A stretch of 64,000 nt of DNA from an uncultured Verrucomicrobiae bacterium. Lineage in GTDB: Bacteria; Verrucomicrobiota; Verrucomicrobiia; Chthoniobacterales; JAATET01. The stretch is from contig CAVRCI010000002.1 of assembly GCA_963719495.1 (NCBI GenBank), forward strand, positions 256,001 to 320,000. Reading direction: 5' to 3'. The translations under genes were made by a program, and so were the position numbers. The notes below the pieces were generated by a model. That model did no database searches. It was not told the origin of the DNA and saw only the letters and a program-made list of their open reading frames with translations. Below are positions 56,543 to 64,000 of the stretch, piece after piece (the stretch's first letter is position 1; every line of letters starts with the position of its first letter).

Positions 56543-58183
56543 ATGATGTCCGACGATTGCGACGTTCTGATCGTGGGGGCGGGACCGGTCGGTTTGGCGC
56601 TGGGGATTCAGTGCCGACGCTTCGGGGTGCGGGTGCGGGTGATCGAAATGCGGTCCGAGCCTTCGCCGCATTCGCGGGCGCTGGCGCTGTGGAGCGCGGC
56701 GTTGGAAGCGCTGGAGTCGATGGGGTGTGCGGGTGGGATCATTGCGGCTGGAAACGAGGTGCGGGAGATCCGGATCACGGCGGAGGCTTCGCCGTTGGCG
56801 ACGATGGACGTGGCGCACGGGGTGGAATCTCGTTACCCACTGCCGATGCTGCTGCCGCAGTCGGAGACCGAGCGGATTCTCACGGAGCGGTTGAGCGAAT
56901 TGGGGGTGGAAATCGAGCGCGGGGTGCAGCTGGTGTCGTTTGCGGAGGCGGATGGCGGTGTGACGAGCGTGTTGCGGGACTCGGAGGGTGAGACGTCGAA
57001 GGCGGGGTCGCGCTGGATTGCGGGATGCGACGGGATGCACAGCACGGTGCGGCGCGGAGCCGGGATCGACTTTTTGGGGGCTGTCGCCGAGGAGAGCTTT
57101 GCCCTGGGCGACGTCGAAATCGATCAGGATCTCGAGATCGACGTCGTGCGGATCGACTGGTCACGGGACGGGGCGCTGGCTTTGTTTCCGGTCGTTCCGG
57201 GGACTTGGCGGATCGTGGCGAACCGCCGGGGAGATCAGTGGGGGAATGGGGTGCCGACGGTCGAGGAGCTGGAGGCGCACTTGAAGGCGCACGGGCGCGG
57301 GGATTGGACTTTGTCGAATCCGACTTGGTTGTCGGCGTTTCGGGTGAGCGAGCGACGGGCGAGCGCGTTCCGCAAGGGACCGGTGATGTTGCTCGGCGAC
57401 GCGGCGCACGTGCACAGCCCGGCCGGGGGGCAGGGGATGAACACCGGGATTCAGGATGCGTTCAATCTGGGGTGGAAACTCGGTTTGCTGGCAGCGGGGC
57501 GCGGGGACGAGGAGGAGCTGTTGACGAGTTACGACGTTGAGCGCTCGGCGGTCGCGGCGATGGTGCTCGAAGCGGCGGCCAAGCGGACGAAGATGAGCCT
57601 GGTGCGGAATCCCGTGTTGCGGGCGGCGCGCAATACGGCCGTGCGAGTGAAAGCCAAAACCGAGCAGTTTCAGGATCAGTTTGCGTCGGAGCTTTCGGGT
57701 CTCAAAATTACTTACGCGGAAAGCCCGGTGATCGACACCGATTCGGCGTGGCACGAGGACTGGCGGTCGCACGGATTTCCGGCGGGATCCCGGGTCCGGG
57801 GCGTGGATGTGTATTGTCCGCGGCGGAGGGCGACGATCGCGCTGCTCGACGAGATGGCCGGGGGCGGGCACGCGGTGTTGCTGTTTTCGGGGCGGAAGCC
57901 GGACAAGGAGGACGCGGAGGCGCTGCGGTGGTTCGAGGCGCGGGTGCGTGACTTGGGTGGCGACTCGGAGAAGTTCGTGCGGGTGTGGCGAGGTTCGCGC
58001 GCGCCGGACGGCGAGGAGTGGTTGCTCGACGGCAAGGCGGAGGCGCACCTGCGGTATGGGGTGGAGCTGCCGGCGGCTTACGTAGTGCGGCCGGATGGGT
58101 TCGTGGCGTTCCGGTGTTCGCCTTTGAACGCGGAGTTGATGGCGGGGTATGCGGAGGTCGTGCTGGGGAGGGACGGAAGGTAG
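56543..58183 (+). CDS. FAD-dependent monooxygenase (PheA/TfdB family)
   Basis: VLIVGAGPVGL, GCDG.HS.VR, LLGDAAHVHSPAGGQGMNTGIQDA.NL.WKL, VRPDG. Confidence 0.94.
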   Translation: MMSDDCDVLIVGAGPVGLALGIQCRRFGVRVRVIEMRSEPSPHSRALALWSAALEALESMGCAGGIIAAGNEVREIRITAEASPLATMDVAHGVESRYPLPMLLPQSETERILTERLSELGVEIERGVQLVSFAEADGGVTSVLRDSEGETSKAGSRWIAGCDGMHSTVRRGAGIDFLGAVAEESFALGDVEIDQDLEIDVVRIDWSRDGALALFPVVPGTWRIVANRRGDQWGNGVPTVEELEAHLKAHGRGDWTLSNPTWLSAFRVSERRASAFRKGPVMLLGDAAHVHSPAGGQGMNTGIQDAFNLGWKLGLLAAGRGDEEELLTSYDVERSAVAAMVLEAAAKRTKMSLVRNPVLRAARNTAVRVKAKTEQFQDQFASELSGLKITYAESPVIDTDSAWHEDWRSHGFPAGSRVRGVDVYCPRRRATIALLDEMAGGGHAVLLFSGRKPDKEDAEALRWFEARVRDLGGDSEKFVRVWRGSRAPDGEEWLLDGKAEAHLRYGVELPAAYVVRPDGFVAFRCSPLNAELMAGYAEVVLGRDGR

Positions 58184-58204
58184 CTAAAATGCAATACAAT
58201 GAAT

Positions 58205-58316
58205 TTGAACAGAAGGGCGCAAAGGTCGCGAAGGGATGAGAAGAATGAAAGGGGGGTGAGGCTTGGGCGAAGCCCAAGCCTCATCCCCTTTGCGAACTTT
58301 GCGACCTTCTTTTCAA
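58205..58316. repeat. Long imperfect inverted repeat (REP-like / bidirectional terminator) between convergent genes
   Basis: TTGAACAGAAGGGCGCAAAGGTCGCGAAGGGATGAG ... CTCATCCCTTTGCGAACTTTGCGACCTTCTTTTCAA. Confidence 0.82.
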
Positions 58317-58325
58317 AAGCACTTA

Positions 58326-59879
58326 TTAACTTAGCTTTACGTAGGGCATGAGGCCGTGGAGGCCGCCTTCCCGGCCGAAGCCGCTTTCCTTGTAGCCGCC
58401 GAAGGGACTGGTGGGGTCGAATTTGTTGAACGTGTTCGCCCAGACGATTCCGGCTCTTAGCCTGGCGGCGATTTTGAAGATTTTGCTGCCTTTGTCGGTC
58501 CACACTCCGGCGCTGAGGCCGTAAGGGGTGTTGTTGGCCCGCTCGATGGCTTCCTCGGGGGTGCGGAAGGTCATGACGCTGAGCACCGGGCCGAAGATTT
58601 CCTCCCGGGCGATGCGGTGGGCGGCGGTGACTCCGGTGAAGAAGCTGGGGGGGAAGAAGTAGCCTTGCTTGGGCAGGCTGCATTTCGGCTGGATGAGTTC
58701 GGCTCCTTCGGCGACTCCGCTGTCGACGAGTTCATGGATGCGGGCGAGTTGGGCGGCGCTGTTGATCGCACCGATGTCGGTGTTTTTGTCGAGCGGGTCG
58801 CCGACTCGGAGGGTCGAGATGCGGTCGCGGAGGCGGCGGACGACTTCGTCGTGGATGGATTCCTGGACGAGCAGGCGGGAACCGGCGCAGCAGACGTGGC
58901 CCTGGTTGAAGTAGATGCCGCCGATGATGCCTTCGACGGCCTGCTCGATCGGGGCGTCGGCGAAGACGATGTTGGCGGCTTTGCCACCGAGTTCGAGGGT
59001 CAGTTTCTTACCGGTTCCGGCGAGGTCGGCGGCGATGCGTTTGCCGACGGCGGTGCTGCCGGTGAAGGCGACTTTGTCGACGTCGGAGTGATTGACGAGG
59101 GCGGCTCCGGTCTCGCCGGCTCCGGTGACGATGTTGACGACGCCGTCGGGGAGGCCGGCTTCCTGGAAGATGCGGGCAAGGTGGAGGGCGGTGAGGGACG
59201 TGGTCTCGGCGGGCTTGAGGACGCAGGTGTTGCCGGTCGCGAGGGCGGGGGCGAGCTTCCACGCGGCCATGAGGAGCGGGAAATTCCACGGGATCACCTG
59301 TCCGGCAACGCCGAGCGGGGCGGCGGTGCGGCCGGGGAAGGCGTAGGCAAGCTTGTCAGCCCAGCCGGCGTAGTAGAAGAAGTGGGCGGCGACGAGCGGC
59401 AGATCGACGTCGCGGCTTTCCTTGATCGTCTTGCCGCCGTCCATGGATTCGAGGACGGCGAGTTCGCGGGATTTTTCCTGGATGAGTCGGGCGATGCGGA
59501 AGAGGTATTTGCCGCGTTCGCGGCCGGACATGGGGCCCCAGACTTTGGTTTGGGCGCGGCGGGCGGCGGCGACGGCGCGGTTGACGTCCTCGGCGTTGGC
59601 GAGGGCGACGGAGGCGAGTTTTTTCCCGGTGGCCGGGTTGATGGTGTCGAAGTGCTGACCGGAGGCCGGGGCGGTGAATTGGCCGTCGATGAAGAGGTTG
59701 TAGGTGGGGTCGATCTTGACCGGCGTGGTCTCGGGGGCGGGGGCGTAGGCCCAGGTGCCGAGCTTGAGGTGGCGGTCGGCCGCGGGCACCGGGTCGGCGG
59801 CGAGCTGGTGGGCGGCGGCGTTCGGGTGGCGGTCGGTCTTCGCGGGGGCGCGCTTGGATTTCATGGCGGTTTTCGGCAT
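58326..59879 (-). CDS. Aldehyde dehydrogenase
   Basis: IPWNFP, KPAE, FTGST, LELGGK, GHVCCAGSR, EEIFGP, PFGGYKESG. Confidence 0.97.
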   Translation of the reverse strand: MPKTAMKSKRAPAKTDRHPNAAAHQLAADPVPAADRHLKLGTWAYAPAPETTPVKIDPTYNLFIDGQFTAPASGQHFDTINPATGKKLASVALANAEDVNRAVAAARRAQTKVWGPMSGRERGKYLFRIARLIQEKSRELAVLESMDGGKTIKESRDVDLPLVAAHFFYYAGWADKLAYAFPGRTAAPLGVAGQVIPWNFPLLMAAWKLAPALATGNTCVLKPAETTSLTALHLARIFQEAGLPDGVVNIVTGAGETGAALVNHSDVDKVAFTGSTAVGKRIAADLAGTGKKLTLELGGKAANIVFADAPIEQAVEGIIGGIYFNQGHVCCAGSRLLVQESIHDEVVRRLRDRISTLRVGDPLDKNTDIGAINSAAQLARIHELVDSGVAEGAELIQPKCSLPKQGYFFPPSFFTGVTAAHRIAREEIFGPVLSVMTFRTPEEAIERANNTPYGLSAGVWTDKGSKIFKIAARLRAGIVWANTFNKFDPTSPFGGYKESGFGREGGLHGLMPYVKLS

Positions 59880-59891
59880 GGGGTGGTGGAG

Positions 59892-59921
59892 AGTTTTAAG
59901 TTTTAAAGAATTAAGAATTAA
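59892..59921. repeat. AT-rich heptamer array AGTTTTA x2 / AAGAATT x2
   Basis: Direct reading; upstream of the aldehyde dehydrogenase start. Confidence 0.7.
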
Positions 59922-59954
59922 GTCGGATGCGGACTCGCAAGCGGGATGCTTGCG

Positions 59955-60881
59955 TTATGAAAGCGAGAAGTAGTCGGCGCTTTGGTAGGGGCCGTCGATT
60001 TGCTTGGCGATTTGCATGAGGACGTCGTTGGCGAGCGTGCTGGCTCCGAATCGGAAGAGGTTGGGGGTCATCCAGTCCTCGCCGAGGACTTCATTGACCA
60101 TCACGAGGTAGGCGAGGGCTTGTTTGGCGGTCTTGATGCCGCCAGCGGGCTTCATTCCGATCCGGATGCCGGTGGCGTAGAAGTGGTCGCGGATGGCTTC
60201 GAGCATCACGAGGGTGACCGGGAGCGTGGCGGCGGGGGTTACTTTTCCCGTGGAGGTCTTGATGAAATCGGCTCCGGCGGCGATGGCCAAGTCGCTGGCG
60301 AAGCGGACGTGATCGTAGGTTTCGAGTTCGCCGGTTTCGAAAATGACCTTGAGGTGGGCGGCTCCGCAGGTGTCTTTCACGGCGGCGATTTCATCGAAAA
60401 CCTGGCGAAATTCGCCACGGAGGAAGGCTCCGCGGTCGATGACCATGTCGATCTCGTCGGCTCCGAAATCGACGGCGAGGCGGACGTCCTCGAGTTTGAC
60501 CGAGAGCGGCATGAGACCGCTGGGGAAGGCGGTGGCGACGGCGGCAACGTTGATCGTGGTGCCGCGGAGAAACTTTTTGGCGGACGGGACGAGGTTCGGG
60601 TAGACGCAGACGGCGGCGGCGGACGGGACTTCGTAGCGTGCCTCACCGGGGGAGATGGCTTTGCGGCAGAGGGCGGCGACTTTGCCGGGAGTGTCTTTGC
60701 CTTCGAGGGTGGTGAGATCCATCATCGAGTAGGCGAGACGGAGGCCGGAGAGCTTGGCGTCGGCTTTGATGCTGCGCTTGGTGAAGCTGGCGGCGCGTTC
60801 CTCGACCATCACTTGGTCGACGGGGCGGGTGAGGTGAAGAGGGCGGGAGGGGGTGAGGGGGAGAGGGGGCGAGGATTTCAT
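59955..60881 (-). CDS. deoC: Deoxyribose-phosphate aldolase
   Basis: MDLTTLEG.DT, AAVCVYP, GADEIDMVI, LKVIFETGEL, FIKTSTGK, KPAGGI, RFGAS. Confidence 0.97.
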   Translation of the reverse strand: MKSSPPLPLTPSRPLHLTRPVDQVMVEERAASFTKRSIKADAKLSGLRLAYSMMDLTTLEGKDTPGKVAALCRKAISPGEARYEVPSAAAVCVYPNLVPSAKKFLRGTTINVAAVATAFPSGLMPLSVKLEDVRLAVDFGADEIDMVIDRGAFLRGEFRQVFDEIAAVKDTCGAAHLKVIFETGELETYDHVRFASDLAIAAGADFIKTSTGKVTPAATLPVTLVMLEAIRDHFYATGIRIGMKPAGGIKTAKQALAYLVMVNEVLGEDWMTPNLFRFGASTLANDVLMQIAKQIDGPYQSADYFSLS

Positions 60882-60929
60882 GCGGACGGTGCGAGGGATG
60901 AGAAAGATTAGGTTTAGGAGAATGAGGGC

Positions 60930-61748
60930 TCAGGAGAGGCGGACGAGGTCTCTCAGGAATTGGACCCAGAGGAAGAGCATGCCGCGAGCCGAGTAGCGGA
61001 TGTTCTTCTCGCCGTCGCGGACGAGCAGGCCTCGATCGAGATTGTGAAGGATTTGGTCGTGGAGATCGGATTCGAGGCGCTGGCGGAGTTGGTCGGGAGT
61101 CTGGACGCGGACGGCGTCGACGCCGACCTTGCTTCGGTCCAGGAAGAGACGGTGCTCGGAGAGCATTTCGGAAAACGGGATGTCGCCAGCGGTGCGGTGG
61201 AGGCGGAGGCGCGGGAGGAGGCGGAGCCCATAGGAAAAGGGGTAGTTCCAAGTGGTGTAAATGTGGCCGTCCTCGCCGCGGGAGGTGATGGAGACGTAGT
61301 AAAAGGCGAGTTCGCTCTGCTCGACGAGGCAGATGGCGGTCTCGGTGCGGCTCTCGGCTTGGTAGTGGACGCGGTAGAATTGCCGCTGCTCGTCGTGGTC
61401 CCAGCCGATGTCGTCGACGTGCTCGAAGTGCTCGGCTTCAACTTCGTCGGTGAGGTCGTTGAAGTTCGGGAAATCGGAGCGGTTCGGCGGGGTCCGCGGG
61501 CTGAGTTGCCGGTCGATGGGCAGGCGGAGCTTGCGGACGCGGGTGAGAATTTCCACCCAAGGGAGCAGAATCCAGCTGGCGGCGAAGGCGACGCCCCAGA
61601 GGAGGTGACCACCGATGAGCCAACCGGCGAGGAAGGATGTGACGAAAATCCCCAAGGTTCCGATTCGCCGGACGTTGCGGTGGCGGTAGCTGCGCAGGGC
61701 CATGCTGAGCACGGCGACGGCGGCGACGATGAGGAAGTTGGACAGCAT
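60930..61748 (-). CDS. Hypothetical membrane protein
   Basis: N-terminal TM helices plus a soluble domain; 1-nt overlap with the glutaredoxin stop. Confidence 0.78.
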   Translation of the reverse strand: MLSNFLIVAAVAVLSMALRSYRHRNVRRIGTLGIFVTSFLAGWLIGGHLLWGVAFAASWILLPWVEILTRVRKLRLPIDRQLSPRTPPNRSDFPNFNDLTDEVEAEHFEHVDDIGWDHDEQRQFYRVHYQAESRTETAICLVEQSELAFYYVSITSRGEDGHIYTTWNYPFSYGLRLLPRLRLHRTAGDIPFSEMLSEHRLFLDRSKVGVDAVRVQTPDQLRQRLESDLHDQILHNLDRGLLVRDGEKNIRYSARGMLFLWVQFLRDLVRLS

Positions 61749-61993
61749 CAGGCGGGGGCGATGCTATGGGTTGTGAGGAATTTCTCAAGCTGCCCGGTGT
61801 CGAAGTCGGGGAGGATTTGGCCGTCGGGGGTCTCGAGCGTGGGCGTGAGCGATTGGCCGGAGATCTCCTTCATGCGGGCGAACGCGTCGCGGTCGGTGAG
61901 GACGTCGATGGATTCGTAGGAGTATCCGCGCTGATCGAGCCAGGCGAGGGCGTCCACGCACCACGGACACCAGGGCTTCACGTAAATTTTCAT
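61748..61993 (-). CDS. Glutaredoxin family protein
   Basis: IYVKPWCPWC, SGQSLTPTL. Confidence 0.92.
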   Translation of the reverse strand: MKIYVKPWCPWCVDALAWLDQRGYSYESIDVLTDRDAFARMKEISGQSLTPTLETPDGQILPDFDTGQLEKFLTTHSIAPA

Positions 61994-62022
61994 CGGTCGA
62001 TGGTAGTCGGGATTTTCCGGAC

Positions 62023-62051
62023 TTGCCAGCGGCGGAATCTGCCCGCATATT
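62023..62051 (+). promoter_or_regulatory. Putative sigma70 promoter of tRNA-Glu
   Basis: TTGCCA-N17-CATATT just upstream of the tRNA. Confidence 0.55.
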
Positions 62052-62064
62052 CCCCGCTCTTAAC

Positions 62065-62139
62065 GGTGCCTTCGTCTAGGGGTTAGGACACGGCCCTCTC
62101 AAGGCCGGTGCACGGGTTCAAATCCCGTAGGCACTGCCA
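62065..62139 (+). tRNA. tRNA-Glu (anticodon CTC)
   Basis: Acceptor GGTGCCT/AGGCACT, anticodon arm CGGCC-CTCTCAA-GGCCG, T-loop GGTTCAAATCC, encoded CCA. Confidence 0.97.
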
Positions 62140-62186
62140 CTTCCGCTGCCATTGGGTTCGGTGGGGTCGGAAAAGTCCCTTTTTTT

Positions 62187-62381
62187 ATGAACGATTATTC
62201 GGAACATTCATTCGCCGGTGCGGCGATCGCAACGGTTGGCTTGATGGGAGTCCTGGTGCTGAAGGAATTCGTGCACCGTTGGTTGCCAGCCCCGGTTCGG
62301 GAGGATTATCCCGAGGCCCTTTCCTGTGATCCTGCGGCTGCGGCGGCGCACGCGAGGTTGTGTGCGGATCGCGGGGAGTAG
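62187..62381 (+). CDS. Possible small single-TM protein
   Basis: 64 aa ORF with hydrophobic stretch AAIATVGLMGVLVL. Confidence 0.4.
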   Translation: MNDYSEHSFAGAAIATVGLMGVLVLKEFVHRWLPAPVREDYPEALSCDPAAAAAHARLCADRGE

Positions 62382-62529
62382 CGGGGTGAAAATGTCCGGC
62401 TGCGCCGGATTTGGTCGGGTCGGCGATTGAAAATCGCCGCTCCTTGAGTTTTGGCTCTCTCGCTTTGCTTGATTTGCCTGGCGGTGCGGCGGGACGCCGC
62501 ATCTCGCACGCGGGGACGCGTGCGCTCCC

Positions 62530-62685
62530 CTACATCTGGGGGGAGGTTACGGCGCTGCCTTGGTAGTTGCTGGGGGTGCCGATGTCGGGACTCGTGGGGC
62601 CGGTGGTGGGTCTGGGGCTTTCCAGAGGGGATTGGCAGGCGGTGAGGGTGAGCGCGAGGGCGGCGAGGAGAAGGATGGTTTTCAT
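62530..62685 (-). CDS. Small lipoprotein (51 aa)
   Basis: MKTILLLAALALTLTAC lipobox; ATGA overlap with the FGE-family gene stop. Confidence 0.75.
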   Translation of the reverse strand: MKTILLLAALALTLTACQSPLESPRPTTGPTSPDIGTPSNYQGSAVTSPQM

Positions 62686-63665
62686 GGATTTTTGGCGCAT
62701 CTGAAGCCGAGGTGGTTGGTGCCGGTGAGGATGTCGCCTTTGCCGCGGCCACCGGGCATGTAGCGGCTGCAATATTGGTCGGTGCAGAGGAAGGATCCGC
62801 CTTTGTGGACCCGCTTGGGGATGCCGGGCTCCGAAGGGTCGAAGGAATCCGGCGGACCGGCTGGGTTGACGGTCAGTTTCCCGGCGGCGGCGGCTTTCGC
62901 GAAGGTGTCGGGGCGATACCAGTCGCTGACCCATTCCCAGATGTTGCCGGCGACGTCGTGGAGGCCGTAGGCGTTGGGCGGGAAGGATTTGACCGGGGCG
63001 GCCGCGGCAAAGCCGTCGGTCACGGTGTTGTTTTCGGGGAAATGACCTTGGAACGTGTTGGCGAGGGGCTGGCCGTCTGGTTCGAACGTGTCACCCCAGG
63101 CGAAGGGCTGCTGGTCGAGTCCGCCGCGGGCGGCTCGCTCCCATTCGGCTTCGGTCGGGAGGCGTTTGCCAGCCCATTCGGCGTAGGCGGTGGCGTCTTC
63201 GAAGGCGACGTTGACGACCGGGTAGTTTCCCAGGCCTTCGAGATTGCTGTCGGGGCCGGTCGGGTGATTCCAGCTGGCGCCGGGGACGTAGGACCACCAG
63301 CGGAGGTTGCTGTCGAGGGGGACGGCGTCCTTCGGCGGAGCGAAGATGACCGCTCCCGGAACGAGGAGCTCGGGTGGGGCTCCGGGGAAGTCTTTCGGGT
63401 CGAGTGGGCGTTCGGCGACGGTGACGTAGCCGGTGGCTTCGACAAACTTCGCGTATTCGGCGTTGGTGACCTCGGTTTCGTCCATCCAGAAGCCGTCGAC
63501 GTAGACGTCGTGGATCGGCTGGGCGTCGGGGAATTCCTTGTGGTTCGAACCCAGGGCGAACGTGCCGGCGGGGATCCAGACCATGCCGGAGGGGGGGACG
63601 GCGGTTGCGGTGGTAAGCGTGAGGGCGAACAGGGTTGCAGCGGGGGAAAGAAGGATGCGGTGCAC
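62682..63665 (-). CDS. Formylglycine-generating enzyme (SUMF1/FGE-sulfatase) family protein
   Basis: MVWIPAGTF.LG, EVTNAEY..FV, RLPTEAEWERAARGG, GGSFLCTDQYCSRY, GFRC. Confidence 0.94.
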   Translation of the reverse strand: MHRILLSPAATLFALTLTTATAVPPSGMVWIPAGTFALGSNHKEFPDAQPIHDVYVDGFWMDETEVTNAEYAKFVEATGYVTVAERPLDPKDFPGAPPELLVPGAVIFAPPKDAVPLDSNLRWWSYVPGASWNHPTGPDSNLEGLGNYPVVNVAFEDATAYAEWAGKRLPTEAEWERAARGGLDQQPFAWGDTFEPDGQPLANTFQGHFPENNTVTDGFAAAAPVKSFPPNAYGLHDVAGNIWEWVSDWYRPDTFAKAAAAGKLTVNPAGPPDSFDPSEPGIPKRVHKGGSFLCTDQYCSRYMPGGRGKGDILTGTNHLGFRCAKNP

Positions 63666-63829
63666 TTTCGGGAAATCTAGTCCCGCGGATCGTCGGGCGC
63701 GAATTGAAATTGGGGGTTGGGGACGAGGTGCTTTCGCGATCGGGAGTCGGAACGAGCGGCCTATTTTCACCCGTTTTCCCAGGTGCTGCGAAGACGCGCT
63801 GATCGCTTTTTTGCGTGGGGTGAGAGTGG

Positions 63830-63880
63830 AAGCCAGAGATGTTTCGCTCCCCTCAACATAACAGGTTCTTGGAAGAGCCC
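63830..63880. repeat. REP-like element family A, degenerate arm
   Basis: AAGCCAGAGATGTTTCGCTCCCCTCAACATAACAGGTTCTTGGAAGAGCCC, similar to the reverse complement of 47218-47268. Confidence 0.75.
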
Positions 63881-64000
63881 GCTGCGCGGGCGTTGTGGGT
63901 TCGGCGATTTGCAAGTCGCCGCTTCTCGGCGGAGCGGATGAACTCCGCCGCTCTTCGATTTATTCGATGAAGCCCCAGCGTTTGGTGACGGGCCAGAAGA

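Noticed and set aside
58326..60881. deoC-aldehyde dehydrogenase pair as a novel pathway
   Set aside because: Expected coupling: it disposes of the acetaldehyde produced by DeoC.
47931..62139. Integrative element bounded by the tyrosine recombinase and tRNA-Glu
   Set aside because: The recombinase is housekeeping XerC/D-like, the interval holds core genes, and no duplicated tRNA 3' end was seen.

Overview
High-GC chromosomal segment, probably from a Verrucomicrobiota bacterium (inferred from gene content and repeat style; not verified). It is mostly housekeeping and envelope genes: hemL, folP, split pta, pgsA-like, der, PBP1A, trmD, rph, rpmB, xerC-like, degP, khpA-rpsP-ffh, deoC and tRNA-Glu(CTC). 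The largest accessory block is a ~15 kb MoxR AAA+/DUF58/vWA operon ending in a ~2400 aa secreted TPR protein that carries an apparently circularly permuted lectin-like beta-sandwich. Other points of interest: a KAS-II/SRPBCC/RibD-like operon, a CtaG-polyferredoxin fusion, a DUF4912 protein with a Ser-Ser-Trp repeat tract and a Cys-depleted SufR-like regulator. Two layers of non-coding repeats occur: 7-8-mer tandem arrays at gene starts, and a family of palindromic REP/MITE-like elements, some with a conserved structured insert. No CRISPR array, prophage or transposase was seen. All family calls come from motif recognition by eye, not database searches.
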